Shown here: piece after piece, positions 62,534 to 64,000 of the stretch
Position numbering within the stretch: the stretch's first letter is position 1
Layout of the letters: every line of letters begins with the position of its first letter
Origin: an uncultured Ruminococcus sp.
Lineage (GTDB): Bacteria > Bacillota > Clostridia > Oscillospirales > Acutalibacteraceae
Assembly (NCBI GenBank): GCA_902763835.1
Contig: CACWTQ010000022.1
Span: 10,133 to 74,132 of the forward strand
Length of the DNA stretch: 64,000 bases
Direction of reading: 5' to 3'
Program-made: the position numbers and the translations under genes
The notes under the pieces: model-generated
Databases searched by the model: none
Told to the model about the DNA's origin: nothing
The model's input: only the letters and a program-made list of their open reading frames with translations

Positions 62534-64000
62534 TAAGGCTTCTCTTTAGGAAGTTCTTCATCGGGAATTTCCCCTACCGTTTCTCCGCCCGAGTTATCGT
62601 CATTCGGAATTTCAGGCTGTTTGATTTCCTCAAAATAGAAACCTGCTCGCTTATTCTCCGAATTATACGGCGGATTTTTGTCATTTGTCATTACAACTAT
62701 TTCACGGTCATAGAAATCCGCTTTGTTATCCTCGTCCTGAACTCTGATGGTATATCTTCCGTCCTTAAGCTCCAGAGTGTCGGAATATTCAAACTTGCCG
62801 TCTTCTCCCTCTACACCCTTTGTAAGCTCAATCTCCTCGGAATAATCCTTTAATGTAAAGAACTTAAATTTCTTACCGTTAATTTTAACCTTGTACTTCT
62901 TTCCGTTTTCATCTGCACGAACTGTAATTTTAACGTTGTCGGAGTAAAAGACCGACTGAATGTTTGCTCTGTCGAAGCAGTTTGAAACGTTGTTCTTCTG
63001 CTCTTCTGTAAGCTCGCCGCTGTCAAGCATTTTCTGAGCCTGCAATTCCATACAATCACGGAAAGCCGAGAATGTACTGTCAGCAGGAAGAATGAACAGT
63101 GTTCTGTACCAAAGGTTTGCAAGCTCTTCCATTGAAAGGTTTGCGTTTTCGTTGTCGCCGTTCGTCATAAGATATGCCATATGAGAAATAACTGTGCTGT
63201 TCTTATGAACTCCGCCGAAGTCATTATTCAATCCCAAATTAGACTCTTTCCAATTCTCGTCGCTTACTTTTTCTTCAAAGAAGTTTCCTTCATATGTCAT
63301 CGGATATTCCGCCGCATACGGAAGAATAAGATTTCTTTCGCCTGCCTGCCAGTCACAGGTTTTATTCAGGTTGCTTGTGCTGAGAGGTAATCCCTGATAT
63401 GTTTCATAACAATAGTCCTCGACAAGCTCTCCGAAAATATCCGAATACGCTTCCATAATAGCTCCGCTTTCATTCTGATAATTCAAAGCACTTATGGACT
63501 GCTCCACGGAATGAGTATACTCGTGAGCAACATCGTCCCATTCCATAGGGTTCTCGTGACCGAATGTAATCATACTGAATCCGTCGTTATCACCTGCACT
63601 GAAGGCCTTATCAACACTGTTATTGCTGTCGTTGCAAACAGCGAACATATTTCCGTCTTCGCCGTCGTAGCCTTTTCTTCCGAGAACATCATTGAAGAAA
63701 TCGTAGGTCTGAGCTGTTTTCACCATAAGGCGGACTGCAAGCTCATCTTCGATTGTCTTTGTTTTGCTGCCTACAAGAGTAAGCGGCTTATCCGAATTCA
63801 GATTACAAACGGCATATCCCTCAAACGTAATATCATCAAAGCCAAGCTCGATATCGTCCTTAGCATAAACGCCCTTTGCCTTATCGTACTCATAATATTC
63901 TCCGTTTTCGTCATAGATAACGAACACCTCGTCATTGGGAGCGTTGTCGGCGTGGTCGGGATTAAAGCGGCGGTTGAAGTAAGAGTTTTTATCGGAATCG
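62533..64000 (-). CDS. thermolysin-like (M4-type) zinc metallopeptidase, N-terminus outside window
   Basis: VAHEYTHSV (HExxH) plus GAIMEAYSDIFGE (the third zinc ligand Glu region). The frame stays open upstream of the GTG at 63927 to the window edge. Confidence 0.75.
   Translation of the reverse strand, partial: DSDKNSYFNRRFNPDHADNAPNDEVFVIYDENGEYYEYDKAKGVYAKDDIELGFDDITFEGYAVCNLNSDKPLTLVGSKTKTIEDELAVRLMVKTAQTYDFFNDVLGRKGYDGEDGNMFAVCNDSNNSVDKAFSAGDNDGFSMITFGHENPMEWDDVAHEYTHSVEQSISALNYQNESGAIMEAYSDIFGELVEDYCYETYQGLPLSTSNLNKTCDWQAGERNLILPYAAEYPMTYEGNFFEEKVSDENWKESNLGLNNDFGGVHKNSTVISHMAYLMTNGDNENANLSMEELANLWYRTLFILPADSTFSAFRDCMELQAQKMLDSGELTEEQKNNVSNCFDRANIQSVFYSDNVKITVRADENGKKYKVKINGKKFKFFTLKDYSEEIELTKGVEGEDGKFEYSDTLELKDGRYTIRVQDEDNKADFYDREIVVMTNDKNPPYNSENKRAGFYFEEIKQPEIPNDDNSGGETVGEIPDEELPKEKP

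Noticed and set aside
1-64000. An autonomous partner (transposase) for the MITE family, or a RAYT-like gene for the mosaic repeats.
   Set aside because: No ORF in the window shows DDE, HUH/Y1, serine or tyrosine recombinase motifs. The partner, if any, must lie elsewhere in the genome.

Overview
This is a 64-kb chromosomal segment from a low-GC Clostridia-type genome. By inference the host is a spore-forming, dockerin/cohesin-bearing Ruminococcaceae/Oscillospiraceae-like organism; the cues are an alpha/beta SASP, dockerin F-hand repeats, MurT/GatD and Pfs/LuxS. I call about 66 protein genes, mostly housekeeping, and almost all on the minus strand in the first 38 kb. They include rnhA, an LD-carboxypeptidase, luxS-mtnN, the TIGR03960/TIGR03936 radical-SAM pair and a DUF1015 gene. 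There is a split aromatic amino-acid cluster (aroE-aroK, then tyrA, then aroA-aroC-pheA plus an ANTAR regulator). Further genes are acpP, proS, metA, thrH, ispD-ispF, murT-gatD, aqpZ, an Lrp/aminotransferase pair, an O-antigen ligase and a sugar transferase. Surface proteins include a dockerin protein, a cohesin-like anchored protein, two LRR lipoproteins and an SH3 lipoprotein. Two tRNAs are present (Ser-GGA, Leu-CAA). I saw no rRNA, CRISPR array, transposase, integrase or prophage. The unusual content is non-coding. (1) A MITE-like family of 69-172 bp has ~31-bp terminal inverted repeats and invariant 3-bp TAA/TTA target duplications. It occurs 10 times in the window, and one copy has a paralogous empty site inside the window. 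(2) A second, modular (BOX/BIME-like) intergenic repeat family is built from at least five modules. These are a GC-rich hairpin A, an ACGTGAAGAYAGT module B that is amplified in tandem, ACCCGACCGA module C, hairpin D and CACAATTACGCATTA module E. It occupies at least 12 loci, shows compensatory stem changes, and often directly abuts Shine-Dalgarno sequences or stop codons. Gene-level candidates of secondary interest are an SdpR/SdpI-CPBP immunity-like pair with twin palindromic operators, a tight HD/Imm-like/Zn-ribbon/GIY-YIG cluster, a MITE-bracketed phosphatase next to a Fic gene, and two orphan response regulators that lack the phospho-acceptor Asp. All calls come from by-eye motif recognition and manual alignment. 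No database search, folding or statistics could be run.
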